This document shows, piece by piece, positions 29,802 through 38,916 of a stretch of 64,000 nt of DNA. The notes below the pieces were generated by a model. It was given only the letters and a program-made list of their open reading frames with translations, was not told where the DNA came from and did not search any database. Source of the stretch: an uncultured delta proteobacterium (lineage in GTDB: Bacteria > Desulfobacterota > Desulfobacteria > Desulfobacterales > Desulfatirhabdiaceae); the NCBI GenBank assembly GCA_963789395.1, contig CAWBKP010000019.1, positions 1 through 64,000 of the forward strand, in the 5' to 3' direction. The stretch's first letter is position 1. Each line of letters opens with the position of its first letter. The position numbers were made by a program, and so were the translations under genes.

Positions 29802-32129
29802 TCATCTCTTGATCGCCCGGATAGCCTCTGCGCGGTGATCAAGCTCCTTTGCAGCCTTCTCCCTGCCTGTTTTCAGATAGAGCGCGGCCATGTTTTCTAA
29901 ACTTGCCGCCACATCGGGATGATCCGGACCGAATGCCTCCTCCATGATCGCCAGTGACCGTTTGAAGAGCGGCTCCGCCTGTGCGTACTGGCCTTGGGAA
30001 TTGTAGAACAACGCAAGGTTGTTCAGGCTGGTGGCCACATCGGGATGATCCGGTCCCAGGGCCTTTTCACGGATTGCCAGGGAGCGTTTATAGAGCGGTT
30101 CCGCCTTTGCATACTAGCCTTGGGTGCGGTACAGTGCTGCAAGGTTGTTCAGGCTGGTGGCCACATCGGGATGATCCGGTCCCAGGGCCTTTTCCTTGAT
30201 TGCCAGTGCGCGCTCGAAGAGCGGTTCGGCCTGTGCGTACTGACCTTGGGTTCTGTACAGCAGCGCAAGGTTATTGAGGCTGGTGGCCACATCGGGATGA
30301 TCCGGTCCCAGGGCTTTTTCACGGATCGCCAGGGAGCGCTTATAGAGCGGTTCTGCCTTCGCATACAAACCTTGGGTGCGGTACAGCTCGGCAAGATTGC
30401 TGAGACTGGCGGCAACTGACGGGTGGTCCGGGCCGAGGACCTCCTCCATGATCTCCAGGGAGCGTTTGTAGAGCGGTTCTGCCTGCGCATACTGTCCCTG
30501 CGTGTCGTACAGTGCCGCAAGGTTGTTCAGGCTGGTGGCCACATCGGGATGATCCGGTCCCAGCGCCGTTTTCCATATTTCCAGGGAGCGTTTGTAGAGC
30601 GGTTCCGCCTGAGCGAACTGACCTTGTTTCATGTAAAGTCCTGCAAGGTTGTTCAGGCTTGCGGCCACATTCGGGTGGTCCGGACCCAGGGTTTTTTCCC
30701 AGATTGCCAGTGCGCGTTTGAAAATCGGCTCCGCCAGTGCATACTGGCCTTGGGTTCTATAAAGCAGCGCAAGGTTATTGAGGCTGGTGGCCACATCGGA
30801 ATGATCCGGTCCCAGCGCCGTTTCGCGAATCTCCAGGGAGCGTTTGTAGAGCGGCTCCGCCTGTGCATACTGCCCTTGGGTATCATACAGCCCCGCGAGG
30901 TTGTCGAGGCTGGTGGCCACATTGGGATGATCCGGTCCCAGGGCCTTTTCCATGATCGCCAGCGAGCGTTTGTAAAGCGGCTCAGATTCCGTGTACTGCC
31001 CTTGATTGCGGTACAGTTCCGCAAGGTTGTTCAGGCTTGCGGCCACATTGGGGTGATCGGGGCCCAGGGTTTTTTCCCAGATTGCCAGGGAGCGTTTGTA
31101 AAGCGGCTCTGCCTGCGTATACTGCCCTTGGTCGTGGTACAGTTCCGCAAGGTTGTTCAGGCTGGTGGCCACATTGGGATGATCGGGCCCCAGGGTTTTT
31201 TCCCAGATTGCCAGGGAGCGTTTGTAAAGCGGTTCGGCCAGAGAGTACTGGCCTTGTTTCATGTAAAGACCAGCAAGGTTGTTCAGGCTCGTTGCCACAT
31301 CGGGGTGATCGGGGCCCAGGGTTTTTTCCCAGATTGCCAGGGAGCGTTTGTAGAGCGGTTCCGCCTGTGCGTACTGGCCCTGGCTGCGGTACAGTCCTGC
31401 AAGATTGTTCAGGCTTTCAGCCGCATTGGGGGAATTGGCTCCTGCGATTTGCTCGGCGATCCCCAGCGCCTTTCTGGCGGAAATGACTGCACGATCGTAA
31501 TTGCCCTGCCTGGACAGCGACATGATCTCTTTGTTGAGCCTCTCCCATTCGATATCCTGAACATGCAGCATATTGTAGGTTGTGAGTATTGCAAAAACCG
31601 CCCAGGGCACGAAGCACAAGGTCATCATCAGCAGCCGCTTGATCAACAGACGACGCGGCGGTTCAGGGAAAGGCATCGGCACGACGCCTGCCAATCGGGT
31701 CACTTTTTCATAATAATCCTGTCTCTTGATCGACAGGATGATCTCGGCAACACCGTTCAGTTTTATTGCCTTGTAGATCGAGACACTGTTTTTTGCCTGA
31801 AAATATAGAATCGCAACAAATGGAAAGGCGGCAATGATGATATAGTGAACTGCAGTCCGTGAACTGAATGCTGCCGTGAGTGACCCAAGCAGCAGAATCC
31901 AGAAAAGGTATCTCAGAAGGGTAATTTGAATGAAGTGTTTCCGGCAGACCGGCGACAATACGGAAAGCTTGCCTAAGGTGAATCGATGGTCCAGGTTTCG
32001 GCGTCGCGTGATTTTGAATGCATCTGAGGCCTTACCGCCACATACCACACAGGCTTTGGGAAGACTCGGGTGCTCTTCACCAAAATGACGTGAAAATCCT
32101 GCCGGAATTGTTGTGAAAAAAGTATTCAA
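29802..32129 (-). CDS. Membrane-associated tetratricopeptide repeat protein (kinesin-light-chain-type 42-aa repeats) interrupted by an in-frame TAG at 30114-30116
   Basis: 12 repeats of VATSLNNLA.LY..QGQY..AEPLYKRSLAI.EK.LGPDHP. plus a capping helix; the 29802-30038 ORF is in frame with the upstream part; start codon uncertain. Confidence 0.85.
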
Positions 32130-32195
32130 ATTATATCCGAGCCTGGCATGTTCACGAATTGTTTCCAGTTATCGCACCGGTCTCCACTTGCCGTC

Positions 32196-32747
32196 TCAGG
32201 CGGCATGCTGTCTCACCCATGCGGCATACTGGTCCATCCAGTTCTGAAGAAATTGTCTGCTGTCTGCGGCGATATTGCCGGCCGCGTCAAACAGCCCATC
32301 CTTAACATGGATGAATGCTTCCGGCTGGCCAAGCGTCGGTACGTCCAGATATGCGAGAACATTGCGCAAATGCTGCTGCGCAATAGCCGTGCCGATGGTA
32401 CCGATCGAAGCGCCCAGCACACCGGCCGGTTTTCCCGCCCAGGCGTTCTGGCCATAAGGACGCGAAGCGTGGTCGATTGCATTTTTGAGGACGCCGGGCA
32501 TCGAGCGGTTATATTCCGGCGTGACAAACAACAGACCATGCGCATCCTTGATCTCGTTTTTCAGCCGTTTGACGGATTCTGCCGGATTGGCGTCGTCGTC
32601 CTGGTTGTAAAGGGGCAGATCATCGATTTTCAGCTGTTTGAAGGAGAACTCCGGCGGCGCCAGTTTTACAATGGCGGTTGCCAGTTTGCGATTGAACGAA
32701 TCCTTGCGAAGGCTTCCAACGACAACTGCGATATGATAAGTGTTCAT
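32196..32747 (-). CDS. NADPH-dependent FMN reductase (ChrR/YieF-like)
   Basis: VGSLRKDSFN, LPLYNQD, VTPEYNRSMPGVLKNAIDHASRP, AQQHLRNVL. Confidence 0.9.
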   Translation of the reverse strand: MNTYHIAVVVGSLRKDSFNRKLATAIVKLAPPEFSFKQLKIDDLPLYNQDDDANPAESVKRLKNEIKDAHGLLFVTPEYNRSMPGVLKNAIDHASRPYGQNAWAGKPAGVLGASIGTIGTAIAQQHLRNVLAYLDVPTLGQPEAFIHVKDGLFDAAGNIAADSRQFLQNWMDQYAAWVRQHAA

Positions 32748-32910
32748 GGCGATCTCCTTTTACTAAAACAGGTTTGTAGTGCATAAATATAATTCATCTG
32801 GCGCAGTTATCAACAGCAATATTTATAACAACTTGAAACCATGCATATATTGACTCAGTCGCGAACGGGAAACCGGTTTGTTTTTTGGCGGATATGAGTT
32901 CGTCACGAAT

Positions 32911-32947
32911 AAAAAACCCCGTTCCGGGTATCCGGTAACGGGGTTTT
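32911..32947 (-). terminator. Intrinsic terminator downstream of the octaheme gene
   Basis: AAAACCCCGTT-CCGG-GTAT-CCGG-T-AACGGGGTTTT inverted repeat with A/T tails. Confidence 0.75.
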
Positions 32948-32970
32948 GAACAGGGGGGTGATATTTATCG

Positions 32971-34371
32971 TTACTGTTTGCCGAAAATCTCGGGCGGCTT
33001 GACTTTGCTGCCGGTGGCGCCGGGAAAGTCGATAGTCCTGTAGGATTTCTCGTTGGTCTGGATCAGATGGTTGGATTCTTCCATGAAGTTGTTGTAACGT
33101 TTTTTGCATTCATAAAATCCGTGCCACCAGGAATAGTCAGGCGCCATCATGGCAGCGCCCATCCTGGCCCTGCGCCCCTCATGGTGCCACAATTCATAAT
33201 ATTCAACCTCCAGTCTCTCGTCAAAGAACCGGCTCTTGTCCAGCAGTCCTTTTGCATAGAGCTCATCCAGCGTTTTTTTGGCGGGTTTGAAATAGACGTC
33301 GTTGTATTCGTTAACCACCTTATCGAGTTTGACATAGTGAGAATCCACCCAGGTTTTCCCATGGCACTGCATACAGACGTCCTGCATCTTTTTCCGTTCG
33401 GCCTGCCAGTTGGTTTTGGCCGGAAACGCGGCAAAGTCCGAAGGCCGGACAGTCAGAGGCGCCTGAAGCTCCCAAGAAAGCCGTTCCGTCACGTCATGGC
33501 TGGTAAGCACCGGGCCCGAACCGGACATGTGGCAGGCGGCACAGGTGGGGGCTCTGTAATCCACACCCGGCGTCCAAGTTCCCGGGGCGGCATTCCAATT
33601 GTATTGATTGCCAAAGGCCGAATAGATGTCTCCGTGCTTGCTTTCCGTGAAAATCTCGATCTGTGGGTGATCCGGTCCCAGATGGCACTGGCCGCATGCT
33701 TCTGGTTTGCGGGCTTCCATTACCGAAAACCGGTGTCTCGTATGGCAACTGCTGCAACTGCCCTTGGAGCCGTCCATGTTGATGCGTCCGACGCCGACAT
33801 TGGGCCAGGTATCCGGATCGAGCTGATCCCCTTTCATTTTCAATATGGTTCCGTGGCAGTGATAGCAGCCGGCAATCCGTTCCGTGTCGCTGTTCATGCC
33901 GTCATTCAGCCAGGGATCTATTTTCCAGATAATTTCGTCGGTATTGGCGTGTTTGCTGACGCTGAACTGCTTGGCCTCATCCGGATGGCAGCGGGAGCAA
34001 TCCTTGGGCGTGACCACGGCAGAAATGGGCACCATGTATTCCTTGGTACCGTAAGTCAAATCGGATCGTTCATATTGTTTGTAATGGCTCTTGCTTACAT
34101 CCGGATCGGTTTTGTCCGCCTTGTGGCAGTCATAACAGGTGATGTTGGCGCTGGCATGCCGGCTGTGTGCCCAGTCGTTAAAGAGTCCCGGATGCTCCCG
34201 TTTGTGGCATTCGATACAGGCAATGGCTTCCTTGGACATGCTGCGTTCAATGCGGAACTCTTTTTCTTTCGCGGTGTTCACTTGTGCCGGGGCGTCGGCA
34301 GCCCAACTGCTGGTCAGAGCAAGGACCGCCAAACTGCCACAGACCATTATCATACTCAAAACCCTTTTCAT
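32971..34371 (-). CDS. Periplasmic octaheme cytochrome c, hydroxylamine oxidoreductase (HAO)-like family
   Basis: Signal peptide; 8 CxxCH (CIECH, CYDCH, CSRCH, CYHCH, CSSCH, CGQCH, CAACH, CMQCH); HTRHRFS...ARKPEACGQCHLGPDHPQ.E...SKHG. Confidence 0.9.
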   Translation of the reverse strand: MKRVLSMIMVCGSLAVLALTSSWAADAPAQVNTAKEKEFRIERSMSKEAIACIECHKREHPGLFNDWAHSRHASANITCYDCHKADKTDPDVSKSHYKQYERSDLTYGTKEYMVPISAVVTPKDCSRCHPDEAKQFSVSKHANTDEIIWKIDPWLNDGMNSDTERIAGCYHCHGTILKMKGDQLDPDTWPNVGVGRINMDGSKGSCSSCHTRHRFSVMEARKPEACGQCHLGPDHPQIEIFTESKHGDIYSAFGNQYNWNAAPGTWTPGVDYRAPTCAACHMSGSGPVLTSHDVTERLSWELQAPLTVRPSDFAAFPAKTNWQAERKKMQDVCMQCHGKTWVDSHYVKLDKVVNEYNDVYFKPAKKTLDELYAKGLLDKSRFFDERLEVEYYELWHHEGRRARMGAAMMAPDYSWWHGFYECKKRYNNFMEESNHLIQTNEKSYRTIDFPGATGSKVKPPEIFGKQ

Positions 34372-34474
34372 ACGTCAGCCCCCTTTACTCATGTTGTTGG
34401 ACTCCTGTCAGTCCGATGTCAAAAAGATTTGATGTAACCGGTATTTTTATTATAAAAATGGATATGATCCGATT

Positions 34475-35029
34475 CTAAAGACCTATGCCGCGATAGTCAT
34501 CCTGGTATTGCTTGTACTGGTAAACCTGCGAGTCGTTATGAACAAGATTGCGATGGCAGTCCACACACCGTTTTTCATAACCGGGGCGCGGGTAAAGAAC
34601 ATCCCGGTGCGCCAGCATGGCGCCGCGTTTATTCGGAATATAGAGAATATTGCGATGACATTTCTGACATTGCTCGTTTTTAAAGGAGGCATAGGCAGCC
34701 TCGCGATTTTTGGCGTGATCGTAAGGCTTGTTGGTAAAAAAGTGTACGAAAAGATCTTTTACACCATGAAAGGTTTTGGCGTAGAAAAAATTGACGGTGT
34801 CGTGGGGTGCGGGCAGATGACAGTCCATGCAGTCTGCGACAAATCCCTGGGCATTATTGACGTGAGTTGAGGTTTGCCAGGTGTTGTAGGCGAACTGGAT
34901 CTCATGGCAGGAGGCGCAGAACTGGGGTGTTGATGTTCGAACCATGGTATAGTAGGACATGCTGAAAAGCGGAAATGCGATGATGATGCCTGCAAGGACC
35001 AGTAATGTGCCGACAATGGTTTTTTTCAT
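34475..35029 (-). CDS. NapC/NirT-family membrane-anchored tetraheme cytochrome c (quinol dehydrogenase)
   Basis: N-terminal TM segment; TSTPQFCASCHEI, CMDCHLP, CQKCH, CVDCH..LVH. Confidence 0.9.
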   Translation of the reverse strand: MKKTIVGTLLVLAGIIIAFPLFSMSYYTMVRTSTPQFCASCHEIQFAYNTWQTSTHVNNAQGFVADCMDCHLPAPHDTVNFFYAKTFHGVKDLFVHFFTNKPYDHAKNREAAYASFKNEQCQKCHRNILYIPNKRGAMLAHRDVLYPRPGYEKRCVDCHRNLVHNDSQVYQYKQYQDDYRGIGL

Positions 35030-35164
35030 ATCTTCACTTCCGTAGCAAGGGAGGGTGGCATGGATTTGGCCATGTCTTGTTCCAGGAAAACCCGATCGGG
35101 CTTGACGCGATTGCGATGATTGCATAAAAAGATCAAGCTGATTCTATCTTTAACAGAGACTGTT

Positions 35165-35201
35165 GTAAAATTGAGGTAAAAGGTTGTAAAGAAGATGTAA
35201 A
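35165..35201. promoter_or_regulatory. Four phased GTAAA direct repeats, a putative OmpR-family operator
   Basis: GTAAA at 35165, 35176, 35186 and 35197 (spacings 11/10/11) in the divergent promoter region. Confidence 0.65.
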
Positions 35202-35281
35202 TATTGACTTTCGGAAGGTGCCGGATGTGCTTAACGCCGAACCCGGCGTTTCAGAAACACTGCTGGACGATAAATCAGACG

Positions 35282-36931
35282 ATGCTGCCTGCCTATATCA
35301 AACAGAGAATATCCATTAAATTTTTTGGTCTGACGACGATTTTTATCGGCCTTGTCTTTGCCGTTCTGTATCTGTGGTTGTCCCAGCGTCAGGAAAAATT
35401 GATTCTGGCTCAGGTTGAAAAACAGGCCATTATCCTGCATCGGCAAATCGTGCTGACCCGGCAGTGGGTATCCGACCACCACTATGTGCTGGTGCCTGAG
35501 AGCAGGTCCGTTCACATGCCCGATCTTTCGGAGACACCCGAGCCGGACGAGCGTAATAACGTTAAATTTATTCGCGTCACTCCCGCCGAACTGACCAAAC
35601 AACTGTCGGATTATGCCAGTCAAAGCAATCTGTATACGTTCACCCTGACCAATTTTAACGGGTTGAATCCGAAAAACCAGCCCGATCCGTTTGAATCCAA
35701 GGTGATCATGGAATATCGTGCTGCATCCGCTCTGTCCATGAGCCGGATCGAGTTTTCCAACGGCAAATATTTTTTCCGCTATACGGCGCCGCTGGTGGTC
35801 AGGGACAGCTGCCTGTCCTGTCATGCCAATTTTCACAGGAAGGTGGGTGATGTGGGAGGATGCATCAGCGTATTCATTCCGTTCAGCGAGGCCAGGGCCG
35901 CCATGCATCAGGAAAACATGTCCCTGCTTGTTGCGATGACGGGACTCACCGGCTCTGTTATTCTGGTGTTGTATCTTTTTACGCGGAGACTGATTTTCAA
36001 GCCTATCAGAGCCATTCGAAATGTTACTTCCCGGATCAGGGATGAAACCTTTAACGACATACAGACCGGTGACGGCGACGAGTTGAAGGATGTCATGGGT
36101 CTGTGTTATCTGATGGATCAGAAGCTGAAAAACCAGCATGAAGACCTGGAGCGGAAAATCAATGCGGCCACCGCGGATTTGCAGACCACCAATGTTAAAC
36201 TGGAACAGGCCAATCAGCAGCTGGTCACGATTAACAACGCCAAATCCGAGTTTCTGTCGGATGTGTCTCATGAATTGAGGACCCCGTTGACGGCCATCAG
36301 GGGTGCTGTGGACATTCTTGTCCGAAAGGCATCCTGCAGTGATCCCGCCTATCTGGATATCATCCGCAAAAACACGGACTATCTCACGCGGGGCATTCTG
36401 GATTTTCTCGACTATTCCAGAATCGAATCCCGGCATCTGGATCTGGATCTTTCCCCCCACCAGCTGGCACCCATCATTCGGGAGGCCATTGACGCGCAGC
36501 GGTATATTGCACAGGATAAGGGGGTGGATATCGTCTTTGAATGCGAAGGGGACACGATCGTGTCCTGCGACCGGCATCGCGTCCATCAGATTGTGACCAA
36601 TCTCTTATCCAATGCGCTGAAATTCTCGCCCCCTGGAAGCACCGTGGCAGTTCAGATTCGTATCCTTCACAATACGGTTGAAGTTTCCATACAGGATCAG
36701 GGGCCGGGGATCCATCCGGAACACCAGGAGGTCATTTTCAACAAATTCTATCAGGCGCCGCAGGATGAGGGTAATAAAGCATTGCTGAAAGGCGGTTGGG
36801 GTATCGGGCTTGCCATCTGCAAAGGCTTGGTGGAAGCTCACGGCGGGCGTATCCGGGTGGTCAGCGAACCCGGCAGGGGCAGTACCTTCATTTTTTCTCT
36901 GGCCATTGATCCGATGGGAGCGGGAGATTGA
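35282..36931 (+). CDS. Sensor histidine kinase with a periplasmic CxxCH (DUF3365-like heme-binding) domain
   Basis: Two TM segments; NPKNQPDPFE, FRYTAPL..RDSCLSCH, VGDVGGCISV; H-box SHELRTPL, NLLSNALKFS, DQGPGI, GIGLAIC. Confidence 0.9.
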   Translation: MLPAYIKQRISIKFFGLTTIFIGLVFAVLYLWLSQRQEKLILAQVEKQAIILHRQIVLTRQWVSDHHYVLVPESRSVHMPDLSETPEPDERNNVKFIRVTPAELTKQLSDYASQSNLYTFTLTNFNGLNPKNQPDPFESKVIMEYRAASALSMSRIEFSNGKYFFRYTAPLVVRDSCLSCHANFHRKVGDVGGCISVFIPFSEARAAMHQENMSLLVAMTGLTGSVILVLYLFTRRLIFKPIRAIRNVTSRIRDETFNDIQTGDGDELKDVMGLCYLMDQKLKNQHEDLERKINAATADLQTTNVKLEQANQQLVTINNAKSEFLSDVSHELRTPLTAIRGAVDILVRKASCSDPAYLDIIRKNTDYLTRGILDFLDYSRIESRHLDLDLSPHQLAPIIREAIDAQRYIAQDKGVDIVFECEGDTIVSCDRHRVHQIVTNLLSNALKFSPPGSTVAVQIRILHNTVEVSIQDQGPGIHPEHQEVIFNKFYQAPQDEGNKALLKGGWGIGLAICKGLVEAHGGRIRVVSEPGRGSTFIFSLAIDPMGAGD

Positions 36932-36935
36932 TCCA

Positions 36936-37640
36936 GTGACGGCACAACAAGGCAAAATCACGATTCTGGTTGTGGATGATGACGCGGATATTCTGACTAT
37001 TTTAAAAGACAATCTGGAACTGGACGGCTATGTTGTCCAGACGGCTTCAAGCGGCGCGGATGCCATCCGGAACGCCGAAAAAAATGATATCGATCTGATC
37101 ATTCTGGATCTCAAGTTGCCGGATCTGGACGGGATTCAGGTCTGCCGGGCCATTCGGACGCATTCGGCTGTTCCGATCATCATGCTTACCGCAAGGGATG
37201 GTGTATCTGACAAGGTGCTGGGGCTTGAGAGCGGCGCGGACGACTACATTGTCAAGCCTTTCGATTATCTCGAGCTGGCAGCCCGAATCCATGCCCGGCT
37301 TCGAAGGCGGGATGTTTTTCAACCCATCACAGCTCCATTGAAAGCGGGGGATCTGGTTTTGAACCCGGCCAATCGCGACGTGTTGATGAACGGGACCAAG
37401 CTGGATCTAACAAAAAAAGAATTCGATATCCTGAATCTGCTGTTTCAATATGCCGGCAACGTGGTGGACCGGGAAACGATCCGCAAATCCTTGTGGCCAA
37501 ACCAGTCGATTTACAAATGGAGCCGCACCATCGACGTCCACATCCAGCACCTGCGCGCAAAACTGGAAGCAAATCCGGAAAATCCGCTTTACATCGTGAC
37601 TGTTCAGGGCGTCGGGTACAAATTGAACTGCCCAGGCTGA
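36936..37640 (+). CDS. OmpR/PhoB-family response regulator
   Basis: ILVVDDD, ILDLKLPDLDG, IIMLTARD, GADDYIVKPF, LTKKEFDIL, RTIDVHIQHLRAKLE, TVQGVGYK. Confidence 0.95.
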   Translation: MTAQQGKITILVVDDDADILTILKDNLELDGYVVQTASSGADAIRNAEKNDIDLIILDLKLPDLDGIQVCRAIRTHSAVPIIMLTARDGVSDKVLGLESGADDYIVKPFDYLELAARIHARLRRRDVFQPITAPLKAGDLVLNPANRDVLMNGTKLDLTKKEFDILNLLFQYAGNVVDRETIRKSLWPNQSIYKWSRTIDVHIQHLRAKLEANPENPLYIVTVQGVGYKLNCPG

Positions 37641-37749
37641 TTCCAGAAAGCAATCAGAGTATAGTTGTGTGAACCTTTGAGCAGTCCGTTTTTCAAACAG
37701 GAGGTGCAGCCGTACCGACCCGTCCGTTCCTCTGTCCGCTCGACCCCAC

Positions 37750-37890
37750 AGGTGGTATCGGAAATCCGGGAAAGCATGCCTGAGAAGGGTGCTTTTCCCC
37801 ACCTGGCGTGCCCCCGTCAATACTGTTACCGGAAATTGCTTGACGATCTCTTTGAGTCTAAGGATATCCTGCGCTCGATATAAATTGTTT
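37750..37890 (-). pseudogene. 5' remnant of an AAA-family ATP-binding protein (AAA_14-like)
   Basis: ...QFPVTVLTGARQVGKSTLLRHAFPDFRY, after which similarity is lost. Confidence 0.6.
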
Positions 37891-37997
37891 CGTGTCGTGA
37901 AATAATTTCACTCATAAGTTGTGTTTAGCATAATTGCAATTCGAATACAAGGCTTCGGATTCGATGCATATCACACGAAAAGCCCGGCGGAAGCAGA

Positions 37998-38053
37998 TTG
38001 ACAAATCATAAATATGACATCATAATGATTTCAAGTAATGCAATCATAATGAC
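37998..38053 (+). promoter_or_regulatory. Sigma70 promoter with palindromic operator repeats for the TA locus
   Basis: TTGACA 37998-38003, 17 nt, CATAAT 38021-38026; ATCATAATGAT 38019-38029, ATCATAATGAC 38043-38053, ATCATAAATATGAC 38005-38018. Confidence 0.75.
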
Positions 38054-38065
38054 GGGGCCTTGCAC

Positions 38066-38461
38066 ATGAAGCGGATTATCATCGACACGAATTTTTATGT
38101 CGCTTTCAAAAAGCGGGACGATGTCGCCGTTGCTACGTTGAGAAAAGCGGATTATATTGCTGTCAACACGGTTATCTTGGGTGAATTGCTGGCAGGTTTT
38201 CGTTGCGGAACCAGAGAGAAACAGAATCGGGAGGAACTGGATCTTTTTTTCGACTCACCCCGTGTGAATTTTCTTTCCGTTGACGACGAGACCGCTGAAT
38301 TCTTTACCCAGATATTTGCCGACTTGAAACAAAATGGACGTCCCATTCCCACAAACGACCTGTGGATAGCGGCTTCGGCCATGCAGCACGGTTTGGCGCT
38401 GGCAACCTATGATGATCATTTCAAAAGCATCGGCGGTCTGTTGCTGGCAAACAAGATATAA
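38066..38461 (+). CDS. vapC: VapC-family PIN-domain toxin
   Basis: IIDTN, ILGELLAGF, GRPIPTNDLWIAASA, LATYDDHF. Confidence 0.92.
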   Translation: MKRIIIDTNFYVAFKKRDDVAVATLRKADYIAVNTVILGELLAGFRCGTREKQNREELDLFFDSPRVNFLSVDDETAEFFTQIFADLKQNGRPIPTNDLWIAASAMQHGLALATYDDHFKSIGGLLLANKI

Positions 38462-38475
38462 AAGGAGAAATACCG

Positions 38476-38733
38476 ATGGGAACAATAACCTTGCGCGGCG
38501 TAGATGAGCAGATTGCAGGCGCATTGAAGGCGCGGGCTGGAAAAGAGGATGCCAGCGTCAATACCGTTATGCTCAGAATTCTCAAGGAATCCCTGGGCCT
38601 TGAGAAGAAGAAGCGAAGCGTTTTTTACGACGATCTCGATCACCTGGCCGGCACCTGGAGCGAAGAGGATGCGGCCGAGTTTGAGCGGGCTTCCGCCGTG
38701 TTCGAAGCAGTGGATACGGATTTTTGGAAATGA
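38476..38733 (+). CDS. Antitoxin with an N-terminal ribbon-helix-helix (FitA-like) domain
   Basis: ITLRGVDE...ALKARA..E..SVN; acidic C-terminus DLDHLAGTWSEEDAAEFE; AAGGAG SD. Confidence 0.8.
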   Translation: MGTITLRGVDEQIAGALKARAGKEDASVNTVMLRILKESLGLEKKKRSVFYDDLDHLAGTWSEEDAAEFERASAVFEAVDTDFWK

Positions 38734-38916
38734 GGTGGGCACAATGTTTTCTTGATCTACATTGCCATGTAAGTTGAAATTATTGATGTAATCGACAGAA
38801 ATTATGACATTTTCGTGGAATAAAGTTATCAAAAGGAGAATGGCCATAACCCAAGTTTAACTTCTGGAACAGTCTGGATAACCAAGAAATTAATCTACTC
38901 GAAAGGAAATTAAGTC

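Noticed and set aside
29623..29838. 71-aa ORF across the repeat element
   Set aside because: It is a translation of the heptamer repeats (SKSEYRNSK, FGFRYSNF) with no SD or coding signal.
29900..31430. Regular 126-bp repeats considered as a CRISPR array or DGR template/variable repeats
   Set aside because: They are contiguous coding TPR units with no unique spacers, and there is no cas or reverse transcriptase gene in the window.
35056..35071. Sigma54-like GG-N10-GC site TGGCATGGATTTGGC
   Set aside because: The -12 element mismatches TTGC, and the adjacent regulator is OmpR-type, not a sigma54 activator.
37895..37913. Rex-like operator TCGTGAAATAATTTCACTC
   Set aside because: The spacer is one base longer than TTGTGAA-N4-TTCACAA, the outer bases mismatch, and it sits by a gene remnant; kept only as an unexplained palindrome.
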